Source: Eledone cirrhosa
Taxonomy: Eukaryota
Reading direction: 5' to 3'
Assembly: GCA_964016885.1 (NCBI GenBank)
Contig: OZ024742.1
Location: 199,578,001 to 199,642,000 of the forward strand
Length of the DNA: 64,000 bases
In this document: in pieces, positions 1-14,357 of the stretch
How positions within the stretch are numbered: the first letter of the stretch is position 1
Layout of the letters: every line of letters begins with the position of its first letter
Notes under the pieces: model-generated
The model's database searches: none
What the model was told of the DNA's origin: nothing
Seen by the model: only the letters and a program-made list of their open reading frames with translations
Program-made: the position numbers and the translations under genes

Positions 1-166
1 GGTGGTGGTGGGGGTAGTGGTTGCCGTTGTTTTGGTCGTGGATTATAGTTGAGTGAGCATCGCCCACAAAACACCACAATCGCCACATACCTCACCAGAA
101 ACACCAAACACAATATATATTTTGCAATTTTCAGGGAAATTCGTATTTTTTGCCATGTTTACTTGC

Positions 167-598
167 CTACCTAGGCTGGAAGTACAATATTGTCATATAT
201 CTACCAAGTCTGGAGGTGTAATATTGTCACAGATCTACCAAGGTTGGAGGTACAATATTGTCACAGATCTACCAAGGTTGGAGGTACAATACTGTCACAG
301 ATCTACCTAGGCTGGAAGTACAATATTGTCACAGATCTACCAAGGTTGGAGGTACAATACTGTCACAGATCTACCTAGGCTGGAAGTACAATATTGTCAT
401 ATATCTACCAAGTCTGGAGGTGTAATATTGTCATATATCTACCAAGTCTGGAGGTGTAATATTGTCATATATCTACCAAGTCTGGAGGTGTAATATTGTC
501 ATATATCTACCAAGTCTGGAGGTGTAATATTGTCATATATCTACCAAGGTTGGAGGTGTAATTTTGTCAAATATCTAGCAAGGCTGGAGGTACTATAC
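167..598. repeat. 34-bp tandem minisatellite, about 12-13 copies
   Basis: Unit ctaccaagtctggaggtgtaatattgtcatatat (with variants) recurs at 167, 201, 235 and onward, with no unique spacers. Confidence 0.95.
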
Positions 599-1191
599 TA
601 CCAATTATAAACAAGACCTTGCACTACATGGGGTCTACGAAAATATTCAACAACAGAAACATTTAACTGTTATATTGCAGTCCTTCTTTTTCACCTTTTT
701 CTTATTCTCAAATCTTTTCTCTGTACTTCTCTTCCTTTTGCTTCTTAATTATAAAGGGTATCAAGAACCTTTCCCAGTTTGCCATGGCTTACCAGCTCTA
801 CATGATGTTTAAGTTGGTTAAATCAGTAACTGAGATCATCAGTCAGAATTTAGACTTCAATTAGCTTTTCTACTAAACTTTCTCGAAGTTTTCCAGTTTT
901 AAAACTATCTAATTGATATTGAAATGTTTTCAAATACACAAATTATGATTGCTGAAGATCAAATTAAAAAATATATATATATTGCTTTCCTATAAAGAAA
1001 TAAATTCAAGTTTCTATCTTCAATTTGAATATTTTTATTTACAAAAATAAGTGTTAATATTTATCAGCTTAAATTTGTATTTTGATCAATTAATATCTTA
1101 ATATTTTTTGTTTTTATTTTGCTATTCATTTTAATTTCAGTTAAAATTAGGAATTTTGATTTCAACGTTTTTTCTACCCCCTGTAGTTTTC

Positions 1192-1224
<33 letters not shown>

Positions 1225-2088
1225 TCTAAAAACAGTTTATTATGAAAGTATCCATTTTATCAATACAAAATTTCAAAATAAATTCTAATAAACTAAAACA
1301 TCATTGAAGAACGAAAAAAAAAAAAATCCTAATGTTCGAAAAATATATTGCAGACTCCATTTCATGCCGCAAAAACTGGCGATGGGCCTGCGATTTGTCC
1401 CGGGAGGCGTGAGATGGGCGCACAAAAATTGCATATCCCGAGACTCCAAAGTGGGTTCGGAAGAGAGCAAACCTTGAGAATTGGAACATCTTAAAATTAC
1501 TGTTCTTAAATGGGTGATCTTATATTTTTTTTGGGGGGGGGGGGGGGGTGTTCCTGGGAAAGTCCATTTAAAGAAAAGGTTCCGCGGCAGTGAAACGGTT
1601 AGGAACCTCTACTTTAACCTAACCCCAAATAGTAATTTGAGTTAAAGATAGAGCCTCATGAGCAAAGGAAGAAGCTTCTACGTGGTCGCTCGCTCAACCT
1701 ACTAGCAAAATAGCAGCCAAATTCCCCCAAACTTCACTCTATTATCTTAAAAAGGGACATATATAGGACACAATAACATAGATACGTTATGACTGAAAAT
1801 GAGGTGAGACAGTCATGGCTGGAATGCATTTTATCATAAATCTCCCCAATAAAATTGGACGAAGAATGGTCGAATGCATGCACGCGTGCGAGCACACAGA
1901 CACACACACACGCAATCACACAGACACACAGACACACAATGACACACACACATACATGTGTTTGTGTGTAAGTAAAAGCAAATTAAATAATACGTGATCC
2001 TGGTTGAAATTATATATACATATAAATATATATATGTATTGCACCAAGAAAAATAAAACGTCGACGTGAAGAGATTATGAATTTATTT

Positions 2089-2200
2089 GCTTTGACATAT
2101 GTTTCTATGTTTATTATAAATTGTTTACATATGCTAACTACAATACATATTGTTCAATCATATGCAATACATAATTATTTATTACACTTCATCAGAAAGC
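2089..2200 (-). ncRNA. Type I hammerhead ribozyme motif with long stem II
   Basis: Reverse complement reads GCTTT-CTGATGA-[about 80 nt AT-rich stem II]-GAAA-CATATG-TC-AAAGC. Stem I is 5 bp, stem III is the palindrome ACATATGT, and the cleavage triplet is GUC. Confidence 0.7.
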
Positions 2201-2286
2201 TTATAATCATGGAATTCAACTGTTCACTACGAAGTAAAATTCAGTAATGAGATTTTTGTTTAAGAAAATGTAAATAAGTTAAAAAT

Positions 2287-2555
<269 letters not shown>

Positions 2556-2556
2556 T

Positions 2557-2617
<61 letters not shown>

Positions 2618-2625
2618 TATATATC

Positions 2626-2660
<35 letters not shown>

Positions 2661-2663
<3 letters not shown>

Positions 2664-3231
2664 CAATCTTTTGATTAGCGAAACCGTCGGTCATGGCACT
2701 AGAAGAGGTAAATATTTAAATCGTATTTTAATTTATTTAAAAGATTGTTTAATGTTTGCTTGTTACGCTCATATTTACAGTTCTGGTATCTCAAATTAGT
2801 TCCATGGAACAACCACTATTATAGACACCATATATATTTACGTGGGTACTTAGTACCTACTGGATATCTATATCATTTATCTGAATTCTCCTTAATGTTG
2901 AGAAAAAAAATGTTGTATCAGGCTGCTATTTCTAGTAACATGAAATATCAAATAGTCTATTATTCCTGCTCTTTCTAACGGCCCATTTGTGTGGTGGTCA
3001 TTTTAACGGCTTGATTCATTCAACGGACAGAAAGCGACACATCCACATCTACGTGGATTTATATCTAGTAGGTTTGGAAAAGCTATCTGAAGAGCTATAT
3101 TTTTCCATTGGAAATTCTCTGAATTTCCAATCTTTTGATTAGTGAAACCGTCGGTCATGGCACTAGAAGAGGTAAATATTTAAATAATATTTTAATTTAT
3201 TTAAAAGATTGTTTAATGTTTACTTGTTCCG

Positions 3232-3236
<5 letters not shown>
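2661..3236 (+). mobile_element. Non-coding retrozyme-like or non-autonomous PLE-like element, 464-bp unit with about 112-bp terminal direct repeats
   Basis: 2661-2776 is repeated at 3125-3236, both ends abut (TA)n, and the element contains a hammerhead motif. Confidence 0.65.
3082..3161 (+). ncRNA. Type I hammerhead ribozyme motif
   Basis: GCTAT-CTGAAGA-GCTA...TAGT-GAAA-CCGTCGG-TC-ATGGC, with a GUC triplet. The upstream copy (2676-2697) keeps the 3' half, with TAGC perfectly complementary to GCTA. Confidence 0.8.
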
Positions 3237-3319
<83 letters not shown>

Positions 3320-3321
<2 letters not shown>

Positions 3322-4881
3322 GGCTCTTAGAAAACTAGGTGTCAACGAATGGCTTGTGAGAGCTATACAAGCCATGTATAAAGAAACAGTCAGCAAGGTT
3401 AGAATTAACAACGAATATAGTGAAGAGTTTAGCGTAAAAGTTGGCGTCCATCAGGGCTCTGTTCTCAGCCCCCTACTATTTATTATTGCCCTTCAGGCTA
3501 TAACAGAGGAGTTCAAGACCATGGGAACTCCTATACGCAGACGACCTAACACTCATAGCTGAATCAATGGCCGAGCTAGAGAAGAAATTCCAAACATGGA
3601 AGCACGGCCTAGAATCAAAAGGCCTTAAAATTAATCTGGCTAAGACCAAAGTTCTAGTTTGTAGGAAAGAAAATAAGGCGGCGGTCCCTTCCGGGAAGTG
3701 GCCATGCTCAATGTGTAGGAAAGGCGTAGGTAGAAACTCCATTTTGTGTCAGAAATGCAAAGTATGGGTGCATAAAAGATGTAGTGGGATCGCAGGTAAG
3801 CTAACTAAGAACATAGATTTCACATGTGGCCGGTGCTCTGGTGCAATAAGTAGCAGCAAGTGTCCACAAAATACTAGCTCTTTCAACTGCGCAGAGGGCT
3901 CTATAGAAATAGTGGACAGCTTCCGTTACCTGGGTGACAAAATCAGCAGTGAGGGAGGGTGCTCTGAAACTACAGTAGCTAGAGTCAGAACTGGATGGAA
4001 AAAGTTCAGAGAGCTTATACCACTATTAGCCGCTAAAGGGTTCTCCCTAAAAATGAAAGGCAGGTTGTATGATGCCTGCATACGAACAGCAATATTGCAT
4101 GGCAGTGAGACCTGGGCATTGTGTGCAGAGGATATACGCAGACTAGAGAGGAACGAAGCTTGCATGCTCCGCTGGATGTGTAATAGTAATATGCGTGAAC
4201 GGCAAAGCACAAACGAACTAAGGAAATAATTAGAAATAAGAGGGATCAGATGTTGTTTACTCGAGAGAAGGCTACGTTGGTATGGATACGTGATGCGCAT
4301 GAAAGTCGATAGCTGTATAACAAAGTGCAGGGCAATAAAGATAGACGGTAGCCACGGAATAGGCAGACCTAGAAAAACCTGGGACGAGCTGATAAACTCC
4401 GACCTCACACACTTACACCTCTCCAAGACAATGTCACTTGACCGAGACCTTTGGCGGTACTCAGTAATAGAGAAGACCCGCCTTACCTAAATACATAGTA
4501 AAACCTACTACAATCAGTAGGCATCTCTAACAAAATGCACCCCCGTCCCACCCACCCCGCCCCATCCACACCGCCCCCTTCTATGTAAAGTTATGTTGGT
4601 GCCACACCATCCAGGCCGAAACAAATGAGATCGTGTAGGTGTCACGACAAAAAAACACACAGTCCACGCTGTAATGTGGCCGTGTAGGCAACACGGTAAA
4701 AACCTCCCAGACCCACACTGCAAATGTGGTTGGTGTTAGGAAGGGCATCCAACTGTAGAAAACCTGCCAGACAGTCCTATGCGAGCAAGACAATCACTCT
4801 TGCCTCAAGTGGGAATACCCCCGTCCAAACCCATGCAAGCGTGGAACACGGACGTCAAACGTTGATGATGATGATGATGAT
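3320..4881 (+). mobile_element. 5'-truncated, frameshifted RTE-clade LINE (RT C-terminal half with Cys-rich insert, 3' UTR, (GAT)n tail)
   Basis: Motifs VGVHQGSVLSPLLF, LLYADDL (ctcctatacgcagacgaccta), GLKINLAKTK, WPCSMC..CQKC..HKRC..CGRC, FRYLG, LHGSETW and GRPRKTW. Ends gttgatgatgatgatgatga. Confidence 0.92.
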
Positions 4882-5026
4882 ATATATATATATATATTTA
4901 TTAAAATAACAGAATCGCTGCTTTCACCCTTAACGGGATCTTCTATTTGATATATATTTATCCTTATCCAGCCCTCTTTGGATTTTAGTCTTCAAATTTA
5001 TTATTATTACTATATATATATATATC

Positions 5027-5107
<81 letters not shown>

Positions 5108-5139
5108 CGTATGTGTATGTGTTTGTGTGTGTGTGTGTC

Positions 5140-6432
5140 TATGGAAAATCCTGGTCAATTTAGGGTGTCCAGAAATGGTCAGGTTCTTTCACGAAGGCAT
5201 ATTTGCATGCGTACAAGATGACGGCAAGTTCTCAGTTCGAACGCAGTATAATACGATTGCGTTAGAACCCCTACGTTTTACAACATAGTATTCTCTGCCA
5301 TGGTTTCTGGCGCTTACAGCGATATCAACTTAGGTCTAGGTATCAGATATAGACTTGATGGAGGTGGCATATTTAATCTGAACAGACTCAAGGGCAAGAT
5401 ATATATTAAAGAGAACATAGCTCGAGACATTTTGTTTGCCAATCATTGTGCCCCCAATGCCAGTTCAGAAAGTGAAATGCAAGCAAGCTTAGATGTATTT
5501 TTTCAAGCCTGTAACGATTTTGGTCTCACTATACGTACGAAGAAAACCAAACTAATGAATCAACCCACCTCTGATGCCTCCTATAAAGAACCTATAATTA
5601 CCATTAAAGGACAAACAATTGGTCTACCTTGGGAGCACTCTCTCTAAAACAGCAAATATTGATGAAGAAGTAGAGTACAGGATCTCCTTATCTAGTTCCA
5701 TGTTTAGAAGACTCAAGGAAAAAACATGGAACAGGAATGGCATCAGTATCAAGAACAAGTCAAAAGTTTACAAAGCTGTCACCCTGCCCTCTCTTCTCTA
5801 TGGTAGTGAGTTCTGAACAGTCTACAGTCGTCATGTTAGGAAGCTCATTTCATTCCACATGAGATGCTTGAGGAAAATTATGAAACTAAAACAAGAAGTT
5901 AGAAGTTCAGTCACAGAAGTGTTAATAAAGACAAAATTAGGAGGTATTCACGTCATCCTCAAACATTTTAAACTGAAATGGATGCCACATGAACGAATGT
6001 GTGCTACATGAACGAAAACCGTCCTCCAAAGAAGCTCTTTTGTTGCGAACTCCAAAAAGGAGAGCGTTCTCAAGGAAGACCACGGAAGCACTTCATGGAC
6101 TCTGTGAAAGAATGCATGAAAAGCTGCGAAATCCAGCATAATTTGAGTACTTGCAGTTCTTGACAGATCCCTATAGAGATCTCTTGTTCACTCCGGGGTC
6201 AATAGCTACGAAGCAGAGCGCATAGAGCAACAGAAGAGGAAAAGGGGGAAAAAAAAGAAGAAAAGATGCAACCTCAAACCCTCGAATTGGCTCAAAGTCC
6301 AGCATTCCCTCTCCTCATTACCCTAGGGTATTCAAAAATGATAATTGGCTTAACACACCACCCTCGCACACGCTCTTCTTTTCATCTTACGTGTATGATG
6401 TAATACCCATCTTCAGTAATGAAAGATGAACA
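5140..6432 (+). mobile_element. Degenerate RTE/BovB-like LINE fragment
   Basis: GIRYRLDGGGIFNLNRL, ILFANHCA (degenerate FADD), FGLTIRTKKTK, YLGSTLS and LLYGSE, with many stops and frameshifts. Confidence 0.85.
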
Positions 6433-6433
6433 T

Positions 6434-6464
<31 letters not shown>

Positions 6465-6471
6465 ATATATA

Positions 6472-6511
<40 letters not shown>

Positions 6512-6727
6512 TTATATATATGTTTATATATATATATATATATAAACATATATATATATAAACATATATATATAAAACATATATATATATATATGTTTAC
6601 ATGCCAACACAAGAGCAAGAATGAGGGGCTCATTCTATTGACATGGCTTTAAAAAAGAGGCTGTTTGCATAATTGCAAACGAATCGAATATTATTATTAA
6701 TATACAAAAAAATCAGATTACATTTAT

Positions 6728-6786
<59 letters not shown>

Positions 6787-6943
6787 GAAAGGAGAGAGAC
6801 AAACAGAGAGAGAGAGAGAGAGAAAGAGGAAAGGAGAGAGACAAACGGAGAGAGACAAACAGAGAGAGAGAGAGAGAAAGAGAGAGAAAGAAAGAGGAAA
6901 GGAGAGAGACAAACAGAGAGAGAGAGAGAGGAGAGAGACAAAC

Positions 6944-6982
<39 letters not shown>

Positions 6983-7037
6983 AGAGAGAGTGAGAGTGAA
7001 AGAGAAAGAGAAGAAGAAAAAGGAGGAAGAGGAGGAG

Positions 7038-7071
<34 letters not shown>

Positions 7072-7086
7072 AAAATACAAACTCAC

Positions 7087-7226
7087 CTCGTTTTCAATAC
7101 CCACTGACTTGATATTTTTGCCCCAACCAATCCCAAGGAAAGCAACCCTTCGACCGCCACCTTGTCGTTTCACACCTGCAATTATCTCTGCTGCTGTTAC
7201 ATCAGATTCTGTCACTATGAGGACAC
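7087..7226 (-). CDS. mGluR-like class C GPCR, coding exon 5 (GVLIVTESDV...FLGIGWGKNIKSVGIENE)
   Basis: Acceptor cctctag|GT and donor GAG|gtgagt. 140 nt, phase 1 to 0, matching exon 4. Aligns by eye with the mGluR VVVCFCEG...IGSDGW region. Confidence 0.85.
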
Positions 7227-8139
7227 CTAGAGGATAGACAAGACAACGTATTAACTTCCAATTTGGGTACCGTGCCTGCATATTTGGGGGAAGGGCAAAT
7301 TTGATTAAATCAATTCCAATACTTGCCTGATACTTTATTCTATCGATCCCCGAAGAATAAAAGAAAAAAGTTGGCCTAGCTGTGGTTTGAAACCAGGACG
7401 TAGTGGACTGTAACGAAATACTGTTATATATTTTATCTGACTAACTAACAGTTCTGTCAATCCAACTCCCTTGAATATTTTAAGCTGTGATCACGTCACA
7501 GCTATCTCAGTAGCCGTGTGAGAAAGACAAAAACGTGTTTCTGGATTTTTATTCGTCTCGATGAAATTTACCCACTCGGTACTGAAACGAGTATAAGCTC
7601 TAGCTTATATACTTTTTCGCGTATGAAACATCAGCTGAGGATGCTCATTTTCATATAGTATGATCATGATCAACCAGGATTAATCACTAGTAGCACTAAC
7701 ATATCGTTGTTACCATAATTACCAGTCAAGTGTCGTGTATTGAACCTCCTTCGGTTCTGAGGACGAGTGTTCCAGAAATTAACGTCCAAGTAGCTGAGCA
7801 TGCCACAGACACGTGTACCCTTAATGTAGTTCTCCCAGATGGTTAGCATGATATAGTGTGTGTCTGAATTACTTGTACACCTCGTTTCCTAGCTGGAGCA
7901 ATGTGAAATAAAGTGTCTTGTTCACAACACGTTATCGGGAATCGAACTCGCGATTTTACGCCACTCAGCAGAACATCATCGCCACTAAGCCATGGGCCTT
8001 CACTAAGGTCACAGTCATATGGAGGGGGGGGGGAGGGAGGGGTAGATTAAATCAATTAATCATACAGTTACCGTCTCTATGACCACGATCTACACTACCA
8101 GGACCATCGGTACCAAATGACTAGTGCTAACACATTCAG

Positions 8140-8590
8140 CATCACCGCCACCACCACCACCACCGCCACCACCGCCACCACAGCAACCCACCACACCAAT
8201 CAGAAGAATCACCAGACCACCATACTACAACCACGAACACCACCGCCACCACCAGCAACTATAGCACCACAATTACCAACATCACCATACCACCATCACC
8301 ACCACCACCACCACCATCAGCACCACCACCACCATCATCACCACCATCACCACCACCACCACCAGCAACTATAGCACCACAATCACCAGCATCACCATAC
8401 CACCATAATACAACCACAACCACCACCACCACCACCACCACCACCACCACCACCATCACCACCACCACCACCACCACCACCACCACCACCACCATCACCA
8501 CCACCTCCACCACCACCACCACCACCACCACCACCAGCAACCATAGCACCACAATCACCAGCATCACCATACCACCATAATACAACCACA

Positions 8591-8627
<37 letters not shown>

Positions 8628-9950
8628 CCACCACCACCACCATCACCACCACCACCACCACCACCATCACCATCACCACCACCACCACCACCACCACCAC
8701 CATCACCACCACCACCACCACCACCATCACCACCACCACCACCACCACCACCACCACCATCACCATCACCACCACCACCACCACCACCACCACCACCATC
8801 ACCATCACCACCACCACCACCACCACCATCACCACCACCACCACCACCACCACCATCACCACCACCACCACCACCACCACCACCACCACCACCACCACCA
8901 CCATCACCACCACCACCACCACCACCATCACCACCACCACCACCACCACCATCATCACCACCACCACCACCATCACCACCACCACCACCACCACCACCAC
9001 CAGCAACCATAGCACCACAATGACCAGCATCACCATACCACCATAATACAACCACAACCAGCAGCACCACCACCACCACCATCACCACCACCACCATCAC
9101 CACCACAACCATCACCACCACCACCATCACCAACACCAGCACCACCACCATCACCACCATCACCACCACCAGTAACCATAGCACCACAATGACCAGCATC
9201 ACCATACCACCATAATACAACCACAACCAGCAGCACCACCACCACCACCATCACCACCACCACCATCACCAACACCAGCACCACCACCATCACCACCATC
9301 ACCACCACCACCACCAGTAACCATAGCACCACAATGACCAGCATCACCATCACCACCAGTACTAGCAACGTCAACCACAACCTCGACCTCGACCAAGGCC
9401 ACTAGACCATAATCACCACCAGCACCAATACCAACACCACTATATCACAGCTACCAGCACCAGTACCACCTTCACCACCACCACCACCACCACCACCACA
9501 CCACCAACACCACCACCAGCACCACTACCACGACGGCGACAACCACCACCACCACCAATACAACCACCAGCACGACGACTACCACCACCATCCACCACCA
9601 CCACCAGCACCACAACCACTAGCACGGTGACTACTATTACCACCACCACCAGCACCACCACCACCAACACGACGACTACCACCACCATGCACCACACCCA
9701 CCACCAGCACGACGACTACCACCACCATGCACCACAACCACCACCACCACCAGCACGGCGACTACTACTACCACCACCACCACCACCACCACCAGCACGA
9801 CGACTACCACCACCACCCACCACCATGCACCACCAGCACGGCGACTACTACTACTACCACCACCAGCACGGTGACTACTACTACCACCACCACCACCACC
9901 AGCACGACGACTACCACCACCACCCACCACCATGCACCACCACCACCAGC
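8140..9950. repeat. (CAC/CAT/CAG)n low-complexity array with higher-order duplications
   Basis: Trinucleotide array punctuated by the recurring unit catagcaccacaatgaccagcatcaccataccaccataatacaaccacaacc. Confidence 0.95.
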
Positions 9951-10010
9951 ACATATACGCTAACCTCCACCATCAGCACCTCCAAATCAACAACAATCTA
10001 CAATACCTAC

Positions 10011-10158
10011 CTCGTGCCCATGTATGGTGTAGCAGTCGTGAAGCAATCATGTCGTAAGACTGTTTCTTTACTCTGTTGTTACTAATAGGCGAGATCATCA
10101 TATTTGTGGAAACACAGATGCCATTGTTTCGTAATATTTCCTGCAGCTTATAATTCAA
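10011..10158 (-). CDS. mGluR-like class C GPCR, coding exon 4 (LNYKLQEILRNNGICVS...YDMIASRLLHHTWAR)
   Basis: Acceptor tttcag|TTG and donor CGA G|gtaggt. 148 nt, phase 0 to 1. GICV matches the mGluR GICIA motif. Confidence 0.88.
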
Positions 10159-11445
10159 CTGAAACAAATTGGAGACAATATTCTATAATTTACTTCTTTA
10201 ACCCTTTTGTTGTGTAGGTGCGTAGCTAAGTGATCAGGGTATTCGGCTCATAATCCTATGGATCGTGAGTTCGATTCCCAGTTTATTTTATGTTTCTCAA
10301 GTCCATTCGGTTGGTAAAAATATGTTGTATTTGTAATTCAAAGGGTCAGCATTGTCACACATTGTGACAAAGCTAAATATTTCTGAGGTACACATGACAC
10401 GTGTCTTTGGTATGCTTAGCCATCTACATGTTAATTTCATAAGCAGGCAATCCTATTGTTCAAACAATTGGAAAATTCATTATCGTAACCGACGGAGGTC
10501 CAATAACAACTTTTTTGTTACCATATTTCTAATTAAAAAAAAAAATGATCAAATATCTAATAGTATTTAGTAATAAGTGTCAATAAGATGGTGTTTAGGA
10601 CTATTTTACCACCTCCCAGTTAATTAAAAAATTACATCAAACATTAACTATTTCCACGTGGTTCATAAAAACAATAACCCTCACACTGAGCTCCTAAAAT
10701 ACACAGACTCCTTTTATTTGCATCTTTAAAATATATTAACTCTTGCTACTTAGTCCCTAAAAATACATTAACTCATTCCATTTAGTTGCTAAAAATACCC
10801 CAACTTTTTACACTTGATCCCTAAAATATACTAATTCTTTCAACTTAATTTCTAAAAATACACTGATTCCTCCCATGAGGACTCTTGGGTACCATTAGCA
10901 GAGACCCTTCTGTGGCAATTCTGGCTAGGCCATCGGTTTAAGGATAACACTCTTCCCTTCTCTTTCCTTTTATTCATCCCCAGCTTCTCAGAGGCCCCGA
11001 ACTAAATGCTAAAAGAACACATACACACACTCGCGCAGACGCACATATGAAAAGTAGACTTAATCCATCACCCTGTTTAACATCCCCACCTGCTCGTTGG
11101 CTAACTTTAACGGAGTCCTCTCTGTTGCAAACATTTGGATCAGATCTCCTATTTGAGGATACCTTCTCACCCCCTTCTGCCTATCAGTTCCGGAGTCCAT
11201 TTCCTTATCAAACGTTTAAAAATGAAACGCAGTTCTCTTGCTCCGACAGTTTTTAAAACTTTTTTTTTATTTTGACAAGAGGATTTCTTTCGAAATATAC
11301 CAGGGACCAAATAATATTTCCAAGGTAATATTTCAACACTTTCGTTATTGTTACTTTTAATACTTAATATTCTATTTGTATTGCTGTATGAAACATTAGA
11401 AAATACTGTTTTCTACAAAAAGAAAAAAGAAAAAATAGTACTCAC

Positions 11446-11616
11446 CCAAGCGCCGTACTCAGAGTCTTCAAAGATGACATGGATGTATGACCATTCCAGA
11501 TGATGGAGTAAGGCTATCACGATATCAAGTTGCTGGAAATAAGATGGGACCGAGTGGTGCAGGTAAGGAAACCGCCCAACTGTTCGAAGTAAGGGGCTTC
11601 GAGATTTTGCATTGAT
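11446..11616 (-). CDS. mGluR-like class C GPCR, coding exon 3 (INAKSRSPLL...VPSYFQQ...WSYIHVIFEDSEYGAW)
   Basis: Acceptor ttgcag|ATC and donor TGG|gtgagt. 171 nt, phase 0 to 0. Homologous to the mGluR ISY.ST...RVVP.D.FQ...WTYVS....NYG segment. Confidence 0.92.
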
Positions 11617-11689
11617 CTGCAATTTTGAAAGACACTGAATCAATAAAACATCAAACAATTTATTCAACAATAAATCAGTAAATCCTTAA

Positions 11690-12870
11690 ACAATCCACCA
11701 ATCTACCAATATACCAATCAACTATCAACTAATCTGTCAATCAACCAATCAACCAATTTCCCAATAAAACAAACTACCAACCAACCAACCAATCAACCAA
11801 CAAACCAGCCAATCAACCAACCGACGGGCCAACAAACCAACCAGCCAGCCAACAAACCAATCAAGCAGTCTATCAATCAACCGACTAACCAACAAACCAA
11901 TCAACCAGCCAACCAACCAACCAACCAACCAACCAACCAACCAACCAACCAACCAACCAACCAACCAACCAACCAACCAACCAACCAACCAACCAACCAA
12001 CCAGCCAACCAACCAACTAACCAACCAACCAATCAACTATCCAACCAACCAACCAACCAACTAACCAACCAACCCCTCAGCCAGCCAACCAACCAACCAG
12101 CCAGCCAACCAACCAGCCAGCCAACCACTCCCAAACAGCCAACCAACCAATCAAACAAACAATCAAACAACCAACCAATCAATCAGCCAACCAATCAGCC
12201 AATCAACCAGTCAACCAGCCAACCAATCAAACAACCAACCAACCAATCAGCCAATCAACCACCCAACCGACCAAACAACTAGCCAACCAATCAACTAACC
12301 AGCCAACCAACCAGCCAACCAACCAACCAACCAACAAACCAACCAACCAAATAACCAAACAACCAGCCAACCAACCAACCAACCAGCCAACCAACAAACC
12401 AACCAACCAAATAACCAAACAACCAGCCAACCAACCAACCAACCAGCCAACCAACCAACCAACCAGCCAACCAACCAATCAGCCAACCAACCAACCAATC
12501 AGCCACTCAACCAACCAACCAGTCAACCAACCTGCCAACCAATCAACTAACCAGCCAACCAACAAACCAACCAACCAATCAAACAACCAGTCAACCAGTC
12601 AACCAACCAACCAACCAACCAATCAAACAACCAGTCAACCAGTCAACCAACCAACCAGCCAACCAACCAACCAACCAATCAAACAACCAGTCAACCAACC
12701 AGCCAACCATCCAATCAAACAACCAATCAAACAACCAGCCAACCAATCAACTAACCAGCCTGCCAACCAGCCAACCAACCAATCAAACAACCAGCCAACC
12801 AATCAACTAAGCAGCCAGCCAATCAAACAACCAGCCAACCAAGCAGTCTACCAATCACTCAATCAATCAA
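11690..12870. repeat. (CCAA)n degenerate tetranucleotide array
   Basis: Visible directly in the sequence. Confidence 0.95.
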
Positions 12871-12965
12871 GATATCGATTAAACGAAGAGCGTTCAAATA
12901 AGTAAGGTTATTTCCCCACCACAACACATACAGACATACACATAAATATACAGCCTGTTTCTTTC

Positions 12966-13004
<39 letters not shown>

Positions 13005-13020
13005 GGGAGGGAGAAAGACA

Positions 13021-13060
<40 letters not shown>

Positions 13061-14170
13061 AGTGTGAGAGAAGTGAGAAAGTGATATAGAAGAATAATTG
13101 ACCTGAATATTAAACTGATACTTTATTTATCGACCTCAAAAGGATCAAAAGCAAATTTGACCTCGGTGATCATGCAGATTTCTGGAATAAATATAACGAT
13201 TCCGCCAATCTGTCGCCTAACCTAGACACTGTGTATATCTCGGAGTTCTGTCGATTTCGACGAGGAACATTCCAGTTATGTGACGACGGAGCAGCCTGCT
13301 TGTGAAATTAACATGCAAGTGGCTGAGCCTTAATGTAGTTCTCAGGGAGATTCAGCATGACACTATGTGATAAGTTTGTCCCTTTGAATTACAGGTACAA
13401 CTCACATTTTCCAGGTGAGTGGACAACTTCCTTACTACTCTCTCGCACTTCTGCCCCCTCTATCCTCCCATCTCCCCCTCTCTCTACCCCCTATCCCCCT
13501 ACCCCTCTCTCTCCACCTCTATATCTCTAACTCTTTCTGGAAGAAATCAACTGTTATCAGACACGATAGGGCTGGGCTCCGCCAGGCTTTAAAATCCTCA
13601 AGACATGCGGTTTACTAAGACAGCGCCACTACGATTTCATCAGTAGTTGATATGAAATACAGGACAAAACGCGTCACTTTGATTAGATATCATGAACATA
13701 TGATCGTGGGCCGAACCAGACACCTTCATAGAACAGATTAACGACAACAGAGATCGGTAGTTTTCCACCGCACATTCACAAATAACATATGTATAAGAAT
13801 AAATGTTGACAGAGAATTCACATATATTCAAACAGCTCGCACTTATTTTAATATTTAATATTTGATAGGATTGTTATACCAATGAAAACTGGTTATATTT
13901 AATGCAGCAACTATAGAATTGTTTATTCTGTCGGATTAAAGAATAAAATAATCATTAAGTATACATCTGTCGTTTTTCACCTTTATTTTATAACTATAAC
14001 TATGAGTTATTTAATATATCTCATATAAAATAATACAGCCAATTATCCACACAATACAATATAGTTAGCACCCCAAACGTTTAATTGGGAATATACTCCG
14101 GTATTTCCTAATGTTAGTTGAATGAGTTGGAAATTGGTCGGAGTATCACTAATAGCTTTCTCCGTTTATG

Positions 14171-14215
<45 letters not shown>

Positions 14216-14357
14216 ATACTTTGGGAGAGTCATGTTGCCAATAAGAAACACACGCACCAGTTGCTTTCACTTCAATTTATTATAATAAATTTATAAATTT
14301 AGGAATTTATAAATTTCCGGTTGGTTGGTTCCACAACCAGATGGTTGTTTATATATT

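Noticed and set aside
167-598. CRISPR-like periodicity
   Set aside because: Pure 34-bp tandem units with no unique spacers, no cas genes and a eukaryotic context.
1285-1489. Candidate GPCR exon 6
   Set aside because: None of the three minus-strand frames resembles the expected AEGAITI...RNPWF segment. The next exon was not found and is probably outside the window.
8117-9963. Poly-His, poly-Gly and poly-Val ORFs
   Set aside because: Translations of a trinucleotide array that is open in several frames on both strands and lies within an intron.
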